From Camelus ferus (Eukaryota), in assembly GCF_009834535.1 (NCBI RefSeq), contig NC_045697.1:49726001-49790000 (forward strand): a stretch of DNA of 64,000 nucleotides, written 5' to 3'. The notes below the pieces were generated by a model. It saw only the letters and a program-made list of their open reading frames with translations, made no database searches and was not told where the DNA came from. Shown here piece after piece: positions 1 to 11,953 of this stretch. Positions within the stretch are counted from its first letter, which is position 1; each line of letters starts with the position of its first letter. The translations under genes and the position numbers were made by a program.

Positions 1-812
1 GACAGAAACTCATTAAGAATGAAGACTTGAACATCATCAAACCATTTGACCTAACTGAACATTCCAGCTAACATCAGAGGAATATACATTTTTTGCAAAT
101 GCATGCAGAACATCTGCCAAGATAAACTATATTCTAAGCTATAAGTCTTAAGAAATTTAAAAGCATTCAAGCCACACAATGTGTATTCGTGCTGATCACA
201 ACAGAATTAAGTTGGAAATTAATAATAGAAAGATATCTGGGAAATGCCCCAATATTTGGAAACTATATAGCACACTTCTAAATAACCCAAGGGTCAAATA
301 ACAAATCAAAATGGGATCTGGAAGTATTTTGAACCAAATGAAAATGAAAACATACCTAATTTGTGGAATTAAAGCACAGGGAGAAATTAGTATCACTAAA
401 TGGCAAACGTCAGAAAGGAAGAGGCTTCAATTCAATGACGTCAGCTTCCATCTTAAGAAACCAGAAATATGAGCAAATTTTACTGAAATAAGTAGAAGGA
501 AAGAATAAAGATGAGTAGAAATCAGTGAAGTAGAAAGCAAAAATAACAAAAAGAAAAATGAGAAAATCAATGAAACCTAGTTCTAGACAAGATCATAAAA
601 CTGATAAATCTCTAGGCAGACTGATCACCAATAGAAGAGAAAGAAACAAATTAATGATATCAGAAATGAAAGAGATGGTATCACTACAGATTCTGTATAT
701 ATTGAAAGGATAATAAGAAAATGTTTTGAACAATTTTAAGCTAATAAACTTGACAACTGAAATAAAATGGACAAATCCCTTCGAAGATATAAGCTACCAA
801 AAAAACCTTCCC

Positions 813-1017
813 TTCCTTTCAAAATTGTAGAATAGATAAACAAGATTACACTGTATAGCGCAGGGAAATATACACAAAATGTTATGATAACTCACAGAGA
901 AAAAAATTGTGACAATGAGTGTGTATATGTCCATGAATGACTGAAAAATTGTGCTGAACACTGGAATTTGACACATTGTAAAATGATTATAAATCAATAA
1001 AAAATGTTAAAAAAAAA
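813..1017 (+). mobile_element. Short 5'-truncated lineage-specific L1 3' end
   Basis: Closely similar to the reverse complement of the L1 3' end at ~32200-32390; AATAAA and A tail; AACCTTCCC repeated on both sides. Confidence 0.8.
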
Positions 1018-1499
1018 CCAACCTTCCCACAAAGAAAATTACAGTCGCAGATAACTTTACTGGGGAAGTTTACCAAATATTTATAGAAAAAATAATTGCA
1101 ACTCTATACAATATATTCCAGAAAACTGAAAAAGAACGCAGTACTTTCTAACTTGTTCTTTGAATGCCGATGTTATTAGCATTATTCTAATATTGAAACC
1201 AGGCAAAGACATTCCAAGGAAAGAAAACTCCAGACCAATGTCCACATACAAGAAAAAATTCTAAACAAAAAGTTAAATCTAATCCAACAATACATATAAG
1301 GGATAATATCATGAAGAATTTATTCCAGTATGCAAGGCTGGTTTAATATTAAAAAAATCAATTGATGCAACTAATCACATTAACAAACTAAAAAATAGAA
1401 ACCTTATGATCTCTCAACAGGTACAGAAAAAGCATTTGACAAAACTGATATTCCTTTCTGATAAAAATTCTCAGCAAACTAGGAATAGAAAGTCACCTC

Positions 1500-2316
1500 C
1501 CCGGTGATGACATGGATAGACCTAGAGGGTATTATGTTAAGTGAGATAAGTCAGACAGAGGAAGACAAACACTGTATGACTTCACTTATATGTGGAATCT
1601 AGAAAAAAAAAAGAAAAAACATAAAGCAGAAAGAGAATTATAGATACAGAGAACAAACAGGTGGTTGCCAGAGGGGAGGACGAGGAAAGAAACAGGTGAA
1701 GGAGTAAGAGTTACAAACTTCCAGTTATAAAATAAACAAATCACGCGTATGAAATGTACAATGTGGGGAAAATAGTCAATAGCTATGTAATGTCTTTGTA
1801 TGGTGATATATCATAACTAGACTTATTGTGGTGATCAGTTTGAAATATATAAAAATATAGAATCACTATGTTGTGTAACAGGAACTAACATAGTGTTACA
1901 GGTGAATAACAGTTCAAAAAAAACCAAAGAAACTCATAGAAAAAAAGTTCAGATTGTGGTTATCAGAGGCAAGGGATGAGGGGAGGGAGAACTGGATGAA
2001 GGCAGTCAAAAAGTATAAACTTCCAGTTATAAGAGAAATAAGTACTAGGGATATAATGTACAACATGATAAATATAATTAACACTGCTGTATATTATATA
2101 TGAAAGTTGCTAAGAGTAAATTCTAAGAGTTCTTATCATAAGAAAAAAGTTTGTTTCTCCTGTTTCTTTAACTTTGTTTTATATGAGATGATGGATGTTC
2201 ACTAAACTTATTGTGATGATCATTTCATGATGTATGTAAATCAAATCATTACTGTACACCTTAAACTTATACAGTTCTTTAAAGTCAATTATATCTCAAT
2301 AAAACTGGAAGAAAAA
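1500..2316 (+). mobile_element. L1 3' end (L1MA9-like) with an internally duplicated 3' UTR
   Basis: ATGGATAGACCTAGAGGGTATTATG...; AAACTTCCAGTTATAA block present twice; terminal CTCAATAAA and A tail. Confidence 0.75.
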
Positions 2317-3550
2317 GGAGAAAGGCACTTGCTAAATCTGATTAAGGGTATTTATGAAAAACCTACAGTTAACATCATATTTAATATTATATTAATGTCT
2401 TTAATGGTGAAAAGCTGATGCCTTCCTCCTAATATCAGGTCCAAGACATAAAGATCAGTTCTCAGTACTTCTATTCTGCACAGCCTTGGAAGTTCAAGGT
2501 AGTGCAATAAAGCAAGACAAAGAAATGAAAGAAAGGCATTCATATTAGAAAGGAAGAATTTGAACTGTTTCTAATGACAGACAACATAATTGTCTATGTA
2601 GAAAATCGGATAACCTCAACAAAAAAGCTTTGATAATTAATGTGAGTTTACCAAGTTTGACAGATACAAGATCGATAAAGAAAAGTCAATTTATTTCTAT
2701 ATACTAACAGTAAATAAAACAATACCATTTAAAATAGCATCCAAATATACAAAATACTTAGGGATAAATCTGACAAAAGAAGTGAAAGACCTGTGCACTG
2801 AAAACTACAAAACACTGTTGAGAAGGTGTAAATAATTGAAGAGATATAATAAGTTTATGGGTTGAAAGACATAAAAATAGTCTTACTAAGATGTCAGTTC
2901 TTCCCAAATGGATCTGTAGATTGAAAACAATCCCAGCCAAAACTATAGCAGGATTTTTGTAAAAATTTGCAAGGTGATTCTAAAATTCATATAAAAATGC
3001 AAAGGACCTATAATATCCAAAGCACCTTTGAAAAAGAATAAAGTTGAATGAGTAACATTGCCTGATTTCAAGAATTATTATAAAGTTACAGTAACCAAGA
3101 TAGTAAAATAGATTTGGATTTCAGGTCTGGTTCTCACATGAACAGGCAATGAGATGAATGAAATAAATGCAAGCTTCAATACTCTATAATGTGTATGATT
3201 ATTCTTCAAGAAAACCTAAAGACAACTATTTTTTAAATTACATATTTTTATATAGAAAGTATGACATCTAAAGGGAGGAATTAATTATTGCATTTTATTG
3301 GTTGAAATATCCTGGTGAAAGTACTGTTTGAACTAAATATATAAGAAAAGATTAACTACCTGTGTATCATTATTGCAAATATATAAAAATATAATGGCCC
3401 TGGGAAGCAATATTATTTTATAATATTACGTATTTAAAAAAACCCTCATCTCCTCGTTGTTCAATATGATTATGAAAAGCTTAATCCTAATGGAGAGGAC
3501 ATGTTCATCTTAAAAATATCAACACTAGCCCAGTAAGTAATTTTACTTAC

Positions 3551-3676
3551 AAAAGTGAACTGGGACTGGAATTCTTCAGTACCTGAGGAAGCACCAACAA
3601 GCTGGTGATTGTGGTTTGTGACTGGAAGGGTTTTGAGGGTGAAGTTTTTCCTACAATGAAGCTTTTCTTTTTTCCC
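3551..3676 (-). CDS. THAP6: THAP6 coding exon 4 (126 nt; GKKEKLHCRKNFTLK...EEFQSQFTF); the terminal exon is outside the window
   Basis: AG acceptor at 3678-3677 and GTAAGT donor after 3551; phase 0/0; translation matches remembered mammalian THAP6. Confidence 0.93.
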
Positions 3677-3779
3677 CTGTTAAGAATAGTTAATAACAAT
3701 CATTGTAGATACTTTTGTCCTTATATAATTGTCCTTATATAATAGTTAAAATAGTATACTACTCTTTTGGAAAAATCTG

Positions 3780-5310
3780 AATAGATCAAGTGGAGAAAAG
3801 CCTTTAGGATAAAAAATGGAATTCTAAGTAAGTGGAGAAAGGCTATAAATCATGAAAAAATGAACTAATTAAGAAAAACAGGTATATCCTTTATACATAA
3901 TAAACCACAATGAAATTCTATGTACTGAAAAGGTATGTAAGAATGAAAACCAAGAGGAACCAGAAAAATATATGGGAAATATTTATATAATCTTAAGGTG
4001 GGGAAGGCTAAAGTTAGACAGCACAGGAGAAAACATAGAACTACTTTTAAAAAGTCTGAATTTCAAAAAACAAAACAAACCAACCCCATAATTAGAACTA
4101 AAAATAAGAAAAAATAACTGCAACATAGATGGCAGTTAAATGATTCAAATCCTTAGTATCTAGTGTTGTTACAAAACAGCTTAGAAAAAGATGAAAACAG
4201 AAGAGGACCTGAATAAGTAATTCACAAAAGAAGAAATACAAATGTCTACTAAACACATGAAAAAATGTAGAAACTCACTAACATTTAAAGATAAATTAAA
4301 ACAATAAGATGCCATTTTTGCCTATCAATTCTAGCAAAGGTTAAAAACACAACTTATACTAAGGATTAGGGTGGACAGATACTTTAAAGCATTACTGTGG
4401 GCCTTTGGGAGGTCTGTATCAAAAGCAAAATCCTTAAAAGTGTGTATAATTTTTGACTCAGCAAAATTTATTTCCAGGAATTCAGTTTGAGGAAGTAAGG
4501 CTATCTACATAGATTCAACTACAATAATGTTCATCATAATGCTGTTTAAAATAGTGAAAGATGACAACCTATATACAATAGAGGGGACTGATTACAATAA
4601 ACTGTTGTTCATACATATGATCAACTGCTATATGGTCATTAAAAATGCTCTGCAAAGATGACACCACCAAGTACTAGCAAGGATTCAGAAGTAGAGGAAC
4701 TTTTATAAGCTGATGGTGGGACTATAAATTGGCAAAGCCACTTTGGAAAACTATGGCAATATCTACTCAGGCTGAACCCTAGGACCAAGCAATTCTACTT
4801 CTAACAGAAATATACACATACTCTGTAGAAACGTGTACATAAGTGCGTTAAAACATGGACAAAAATGTTCGTAGTTGCACCATTCATAATAACCCCCAAA
4901 TGAAACAATCCAAATATTCATCAACAGGAGAATGGAGAAATTATATCTTGTTTATACAATGGAATATTATAGCACAAAGATAATAAATGGACTAGTATCA
5001 CATGTTACAGTGTGGATGAATCACATGGACAAAATGTTGAGCTAAAGAAGCCAGAGTACAGAGTACCTACTACATGACTCCATTTCTATAACTGATTGGG
5101 TAGAAGCCAGTGGTTACCTTTGGGGCTGTAGTGACTGGGAAGGAGCATGAGGGAAGCTTCTGGGGCACTGGTAATATTCTGTATCTTGGTCTGAGGGGAG
5201 TTACATGAGTGTATTCACTTCGTGAAAATTCACTGGTCTATACACTTAGGATGTGTGCACTTTTCCACATACACGTTATATTTCAATATAAAGTTTAGTT
5301 AAAAAAATTA
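3780..5310 (+). mobile_element. Ancient L1 (L1ME/MC-like) 3' fragments
   Basis: L1 3' hallmark blocks (ACAATGGAATATTAT, GTGGATGAATC, TTTCAATATAAAG). Confidence 0.65.
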
Positions 5311-5344
5311 TGTTCTATGTAAGTTTCTCTTAAAAATGTGATCC

Positions 5345-5510
5345 ATAAAGCTGTAACACAATCCTGTGAAGTGCTTGTTAAAAAGTGCAGATTCCTAGAC
5401 TCCAAACCAAACTTACTGAATCAAATTCTTTGGGAGAGAGGCACAGGAGTCTGCATTTTAAACAAGTTCCCTGGAAAATGCTTATGTAGACTAAAGTTTG
5501 AAGCCACTGT
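5345..5510. mobile_element. MER5A-like hAT-Charlie MITE
   Basis: GCAGATTCC...TACTGAATC...CTGCATTTTAAACAAG...AAAGTTTGAAGCCACTG. Confidence 0.7.
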
Positions 5511-5537
5511 TGTGAAACAATATTTCACATCATGGAA

Positions 5538-5780
5538 AATAGTAGTTAAGAGTGAACTTTGGAGCCATAATGCCTGGGTTCAAATCCAGCCTCTGCCTTT
5601 TAACAGCAGTGTGACCTGGGGAAGGAATTCCAACTTTCTGTGCCTAAGTTTCCTCAAGTGGTCAATAAGAATAATAATAGTATTTATTTCTTATGTTGTT
5701 GTGATGACTAAATGAGTTAATACATATGTAAAGTGCTTAGAATAGTGTCTGGCACACAGTAAGCACTATATGAATGCTAA
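5538..5780 (+). mobile_element. MIR SINE
   Basis: GCCTGGGTTCAAATCC...GTGTGACCTGGG core and GTCTGGCACACAGTAAGCACT tail. Confidence 0.85.
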
Positions 5781-7048
5781 AAAAAGAAAGAAACATATAA
5801 AAAAGGACATACAATATAATTATTTTTGTAAGAATATATAATACAGATGACTTTACATACAAACATACACAAACAAATGACTGGAAAGAGACACATCAGA
5901 GTATTATCTCTGGATTATGTGATTATTGTTAATTTTTCTTTTTTGATTGTATCCATCTAATTTCCTATAATGAAAAATATCTTTGTTATTAGGAAAGAGT
6001 TCTTGAAAGTAATTTATGGTTTATTTCACTTATTATGTTCATACTTCTTAAGGTCCTCTTAATATTATAGATGACACCTTGCTACAGGAAAGAAACTCTG
6101 TAGAGCAAATTGTACAGGATACTGTACATTTACTAATATGGAAAACAGTGAAGCAGTCTCTACTTGATAACGCACGTGTTGCAATATGAACAGCTGCGGA
6201 GAGTGAGCAAGACTTCGTGGGAGTAGGCACACTTCTGGACTACTCCCTTGTTTCCAGCTGTCAGGAGGGAGATACTTTTCAATGGAGGTTCATTGCTATT
6301 GTTGTGGGAACTCACAGGCTCTCCCTGAAATGTCCACATTGGAATCAGTTTGGAAGCAAATACACTTTCAGGTACATAGTCAAGAGAGATATTGAGGGTG
6401 AGGCAGCCCACTCTTGGCACTAATATCACTGAGAAAAAACAGAGAATTCACTAGAGTTTACTTAATCCTTCTCTTTTCTTTTTCTGATCTTTTCTCTCTT
6501 TTCCTTCTCCTGTCCTTATTTCTTTTGATTTTTTTTCTTTTAGTCCTACCTAGGCGTTAAGCTTGAATGTATGTGGCTCTAAAAGTCTATTTTGGGCCTG
6601 TTAGAGGCTCTGCTCTAGACTTCTGCTCTAGTGTGAAGAGGACTGCCAACTTGGAACTTCAGTTCAACCCTCTTATGTTCCTCCATTTTCTGACACAAAT
6701 CTCGAGCTGTATCAATTCCTAAGGTCAGTCCCCTTCACCAAACCTTAGTAATGTACAGCTGTTTCTGAGTGGCTACTGGCAAAATACTCCTATTATTTTT
6801 TGCAAAAGCTGAAACAGCAGTTTATACATCTAAAAACTTGAAGAATGGACTTCAAATTAATAAGCAAACAATAAAAATGTTAGCAAGTATGAAGGTTCTT
6901 AAATAGTATCATAAAAAGTAATAAACAAGTTTATACTGTATAGAACAGGAAACTATATTCAAAATCTTATATTAACCTATGATGAAAAAGAATATGAAAA
7001 CAAACAAACAAAAAAAGTAATGATGGTAAGTAGCATCTCATCACAAAC

Positions 7049-7256
7049 CTGTAAGTGAGATGGGGAATCAAAGATAGAAGGTATGACTCCAGGTTTCAGT
7101 TTAATATTTGGAGCACTTCGGTCAAAATCTGTCTTCTTAAAGTGCCTTGAACACAACACATCTCCTTTTTTAGGCTCCCAAATGCCTGCAGCATTCACAT
7201 CAAGTCTTTTCATTGCTAATACCCATTTTCTTTTGACCTTTTCATCTGTTGGGAAT
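7049..7256 (-). CDS. THAP6: THAP6 coding exon 3 (208 nt), C-terminal part of the THAP zinc-finger domain
   Basis: FPTDEKVKRKWVLAMKRLDVNAAGIWEPKKGDVLCSRHF...PGVIPSIF in the ORF track; CTAG acceptor and GTTTGT donor; phase fits the flanking exons. Confidence 0.96.
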
Positions 7257-8446
7257 CTAGAAAAAATACACAAAATATTTTAGAATTAAACACTATTGAT
7301 ATACACTTGAATTAAGGCTGTGATTACATTGATTCTTTAACTAGTTTGTTACTATTTTCAGGAACTAGAATATTTAGGAAACCATCATGATTCATGCTGT
7401 CATAACTTTCAGTTTTAACAGTCAGATCTTTGTACCAAACATGCTGCAGGCAGATGGCCCTTGTTTAAATTATACTCATGTCATAAAAGAGAAACGTTTC
7501 AAAGAATATTTAACACTTTATAGTAAGATCCACAATTGAAGGTTTTTCTTGGTGATAAAGAATATCACTTGAGCCTTTTCCTATCTGAGGAATTTATCTC
7601 AGAGACACTTGTTCTTTCATTCCTCTGAAAGCATCAAAAAAATTGCTTAGTACAGCATTTTATAGAAAACGGGTCTATAAATGCTTAGTGAATGAATGCA
7701 GAGAACACCTGCAGAGTTCGGAGTTCTGGAGATCAGCACTAGTCCTTTTGAGATCTGGAGGCCAATAACCGTATCTTTTCCGATTTTCCATGCTGGTTCA
7801 AATCCTTTTTGGAATAAGGTAGGGTACACATACTCATTTTTGATTTTCTCTTAACCTAGCAAAGTAGTTAGCAGATCTTTCTCTAGCACACAGCACAGTC
7901 CGTGGTACAAAAGCAGCAAAATGAACCTTTAGCAAATGAGTAATTATTAAATCTTATTGCTCCTTCTTTCCTATGCCTGAAGAATGGCTAAAATACCAAA
8001 TTAGGACCATCTTGATTTCTCTGAAATACACCTAAAGAACCCTTGGACTGAATTTGTAACTTACATTTTCTTTCTCTACAACATAAGCTTCATCTATTTC
8101 TAAATAGAAAGGATAGAATATATTTGGGCAAAGATCATTCAGATTGTAAGCTACATGTAAACAACACTGAATTTCTTTGAAGGTATGTTAAGATGTAAAG
8201 TAACAATATTTGCAAAAATGAGTTTGATATTTTTGTTAATCAGCTGGTGATACCTTGTCAAGTATCTTAAGTTCCCAAACTAAATTGTAAACGGGTAAAA
8301 GTATCACTGCCACTTCCAATTCAACTAAAAAGGTTATTTAAAAAGAACTTGGGAACAAAAGTTCAAACTTGAAAATTTAAAGAGAACTGTCTTTTTGCTT
8401 TTTCTAACATTCAAAAGTACTTGGTTTAACTGCAGCAAAATCTTAC

Positions 8447-8526
8447 ACGTGAAATGTCAGTCCTTTTAACTTGGAATTTGGTAAACAGCGAGAAGCACAT
8501 CCAATGGCCGAGCAACATTTCACCAT
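8447..8526 (-). CDS. THAP6: THAP6 first coding exon (MVKCCSAIGCASRCLPNSKLKGLTFHV); whole exon is 8549-8447
   Basis: ATG at 8526-8524, THAP N-terminal Cys motif, acceptor TTTCTTTCAG before 8549, donor GTAAGA after 8447. Confidence 0.95.
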
Positions 8527-8799
8527 GATTTTAGCAACTCATAACAGAACTGAAAGAAAATTAAGAGGGCAAGAGTTAGTAACTTCAAAGCTAGGGGGAC
8601 CGTATTTACCTTTCCCAGTATGTTCCAGTACGTTTTAGGTAACATGAAATCATGTTACAAAGCCAAAGGCAAAAATTTTCTTCCAACACCTGCACCTTTG
8701 CTCATAAAATTTTCTCTGGGTTTGGCTCTTTAATAGGGCAAGTCATATTAGCTATGCACTGAGGCGCCTGATTTCAGTTTTATAGGCTGATACATTTCC

Positions 8800-9160
8800 T
8801 TTCCACTGCCTTTTATAGGCACGACGTTCTCTCTGCCACAAGGCCTTGTCACACTAGCTCCTCCTCAGCCTTCAGCTCAAGTGCTGCTTCCCCAGGGAAA
8901 CCTTCCTTGACACCCAGATTAAGTCAGAGCCCCTCTAGTACCAGCTCTTGAGGAACACACACTTCTTCCTAGCACTTCTCAAGGCTGTAATCCTACATTT
9001 ATTTCAGAGATTCTCTGATGAATACCTTTCTCCCCTACCAGTCTATTAGTTCATGAAGCCACGGTGGGGCTGTGTTTTTTTTTTTTTTTTTTTTTTGTCC
9101 CCACGGCGTAGCTGGTGATTGGTACGTAGTACTTGTTAATATATATTCTGAAGGTATGAA
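8800..9160 (+). mobile_element. L2 3' end fragment containing a poly-T run
   Basis: CAGGGAAACCTTCCTTGAC... and an L2-like tail. Confidence 0.55.
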
Positions 9161-9472
9161 CAGGAAGTAAAGGGGAACGGGACCTAAGCAAGGTGTTCAC
9201 TGCGATGGAGAGCACCTGAGCGCCCAGCAGAGGCGGCTACCCGCTCGCAGACAAGAGGCCGGGCCGAGCTCCGCCCCATTCTCGAGGCTCCGGCCGCCGC
9301 CGGCCGAGGGCGGGGCCGCCCTGTCACAAGTGCGGATGCGGCTGGAGGGCGGTCCTACCCCAGGGACCACCGAACGTCTCCGCGCCGCTGCGGTTCTCCT
9401 CGCCCCGAACCACGCCCAGGGTGTGGACGGGTAGCGATGGGGGAAAAGGAAAAGCAACCTAAGAGTTATTAC

Positions 9473-9600
9473 CGTTAGCAGCGAAAGCCGACTAACGCCG
9501 ACGACAGAGATTGCGTCTCCTTTCGCTTCCGGCCCGTCGTCCTGGGAACCGGAAATCCGGCTGCCCCGGGTCACGTGATCCACCGCCATCTTGGTTCCGG
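9473..9600 (-). other. THAP6: Putative THAP6 non-coding exon 1 (5' end uncertain)
   Basis: Donor ACG|GTAATA at 9473 on the - strand inside the CpG island; exon 2 has an acceptor, so an upstream exon is required. Confidence 0.6.
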
Positions 9601-9705
9601 TGGCAGCTGCAGCCGGGAAGCGGTGGGCTAGAGCGGTGCTGCTGCTGCGGGCTCAGTTTTCATCCTCGGGGAAGGGTTCTTGGAGTGCGAGGGGAGGTGG
9701 AGGAG

Positions 9706-9795
9706 ATGGCGGCCTCGGCGCGGGAAGATGGCGCCCGCGGAGAGGAGCAAGGGCAGCGGGGCTGCGAGCATTATGACAGAGGATGTCTCCTGAAG
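9706..9795 (+). CDS. RCHY1: RCHY1 (PIRH2 E3 ubiquitin ligase) coding exon 1
   Basis: MAASAREDGARGEEQGQRGCEHYDRGCLLK, Kozak GAGATGG, donor AAG|GTGAC. Confidence 0.96.
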
Positions 9796-10949
9796 GTGAC
9801 GACTTCACTGGGCTCTTCCCCTCCGAGCTTCCGCCGGGCCGGGCTGGGGGCGGGGTGGGCAGGCGGTTAGGTTGGGCTAACTTTGAGGCCAAGCTGTTTG
9901 TCAGAATGCCTTCCTTCACGTACCTGGGTTCCTGCGGTCGAGAGCGTTTTTGTCACGGCGACGACGGCTCACCTTTCCTCCTGTTTTGTATTTTATAAGC
10001 AGAACTCTTCTTGCTTGGGAAGAACATGGGCTTGCACATCGGTTACTTTGTCAATGGGTTTATTTATTTAGTCCTTTGCTGCTGAAAGTAGACTGAGGCA
10101 TCCCCAGGCCTGTGCTGGCTTTTTCCCAGGATCACTTACAGGTGTGTGATGAAATAGCAGAATCGGGATAAACAAGTGGAGGAGAATCGGAGTACGGTTT
10201 TACCTCCCGTAGTAAATACGTTTTATAGCTTGCCAGCTTTATTTTAGTGGCAGTGAGTATGCCTAAGCCTGCCAAGGAGAAAAACCTGTGTGGAATAGGA
10301 AAATAGTCATGTAATTGCCACTAAATAGGAACTTATGTATAGGAGAATGCTTAGTATGTATCCACTGTTACTTTTGCTGCTTGAGAAAAATTCCTCGCCA
10401 ATCTAGAACTTTAAAAACTGGCATCCATCCAGTTAAAGTTAGTTAATTTTTCTTGCAAGAAGCAGTTAAAAGATTTTGCTTAGAAAGCTTCAGCTTTGAA
10501 ATTCCCTAGTCCTACTCCCAGATCTTAGCTCTGCTCCTTAATAACACAGTACTTTTGAGAAAACTACTATTTAAGTGCCCCATGTGTAAAATAGGGGTGA
10601 TAGAAGTTCCTGTTTAATAAAAAAAAAAAAAATCATGAGGCCTGTAAGGACAGCCTAAAGCCTTTTCTGTAGGCTGTGGTGTGGTGAACGTTGCGCACTG
10701 GATGAAGCTCTTTGACAGTAGGTCATTCACCGGGTGTTCTGTAAGGAAACTGAATGCTATCCTTATGATTCCATTTCCACTGAGATGTTCTGTTAGTTTC
10801 AAACTTGAGGCCTAAAACTGAATTCAGCATCTTAGCCCTCATCTCATCTCCCCAAGAAACCACGCAGGTAACATTTGTGTTTTAGAGCACTGAGATACTT
10901 GACCATGAGTAGAAAATGCTTTTTTGCCTCCCCAGCTTTGTTAAATATC

Positions 10950-11900
10950 AGAGACCTAGTGAAGAGTTTTAAGGAGGAAGTAACCAACCAAATCAAATGC
11001 TGCTGTTTGGGTAAGATGAGAACTGAAAATTGACGTTTAAATTTGGCAAGGAGGTCACTGGTGATCCTGACAAGAAAAGTTTCAGTGGAGGCATAAGGAC
11101 AAAGCCTGCTTGGCACGGATTCAAGAGAGAAGGGCGATAGTGGAAATGAAAATGGCTTTTGTAGACAATTCTTAGAGTTTTGCTGTGAAAGAGAGCAAAA
11201 TAAATAAATTAAATAAAATGATGCTGTCGTTGCTGGGAGATTGGGATCATGGGTTTTTTTTCCCCTTAAGATGGGAGGTGTTGCAGCATATTTGTATATT
11301 CTTAGAAATGACCCAATTTATCATGCAGGAGGGAGAGGGAAAACTAGGAGCTCTGCCTTTGAGTAGCCCAGCAGAAGACTGGTTCCAGTGCATGAGTAGA
11401 GGAGGTGGCTTTAGATGAAAACATGGGCTGTAGACTACAGAAGGAAGAACAGTGACATACATCTGCAAGTAGGTTGACAGAGTTTGTGGGAGGATGTTCT
11501 CTTTTGATTATTTCTATTTCACAGTGAAATAAGCAAGGTCATCAGTAAGTGGGGAAGAAGGGGTGTTTGAGGTTTAAAGAGAAAGGAGATGTGAAGTAAT
11601 CATCTAGGTCTTAGGTGCTAGACTCTAGAAGAATGAGGGAATTGACTAGGGAAACATGGAAGTAAGAGCCTACTTTTTATTAGTGGTTATGACTTACAAG
11701 AGAGACCAGCCAGTGTGGTGGTGCTTTTACTTTAGCCATATTTATCTGTTCCTATGCAGGTTGAGTAGGCGACAATTGGATTTAACCAGAGTTGGGATTC
11801 TGGGTAGGTGAGTATGTAGAGGAAGAGAGAAGGAAGAAACTGGGGTATGTGCAAGGGAGGAACTGGAATGAGTTGAAAAAGAGAGGGTGGAGTGGTTAGA
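10950..11900 (-). mobile_element. L2 fragments
   Basis: GGAGGTCACTGGTGATCCTGACAAG...TTTCAGTGGAG, typical of antisense L2. Confidence 0.6.
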
Positions 11901-11953
11901 GAATTTCATACTTGAGATTAAGATACAAACAGGATTCAGTTCTTGTTCTAGAG

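Larger units (their letters stand above)
1..3100 (+). mobile_element. Old degenerate L1 ORF2 region interrupted by two younger L1 3' ends
   Basis: A-rich L1 ORF2-like sequence (e.g. NLIKGIYEKPTVNII), many stops. Confidence 0.85.
9190..9980. promoter_or_regulatory. CpG-island bidirectional promoter for THAP6/RCHY1
   Basis: GC/CpG-rich island in an AT-rich background; ETS/GABPA-like CCGGAA sites (9525-9532, 9548-9556), E-box GTCACGTGAT (9570-9579), YY1-like CCGCCATCTTG (9583-9593), GC boxes. Confidence 0.9.

Noticed and set aside
6160..6429. 89-aa minus-strand ORF in THAP6 intron 3 as a coding exon or transposase remnant
   Set aside because: Not in frame with exon 3 at the visible acceptor, and no recognisable protein family
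9197..9589. Unspliced 130-aa ORF and other overlapping ORFs in the CpG island
   Set aside because: Stop-poor GC-rich sequence with no recognisable domain; only the spliced uORF version was kept as a hypothesis
9511..9705. In-frame N-terminal extension of RCHY1
   Set aside because: No ATG, and it begins within the promoter, probably upstream of the TSS
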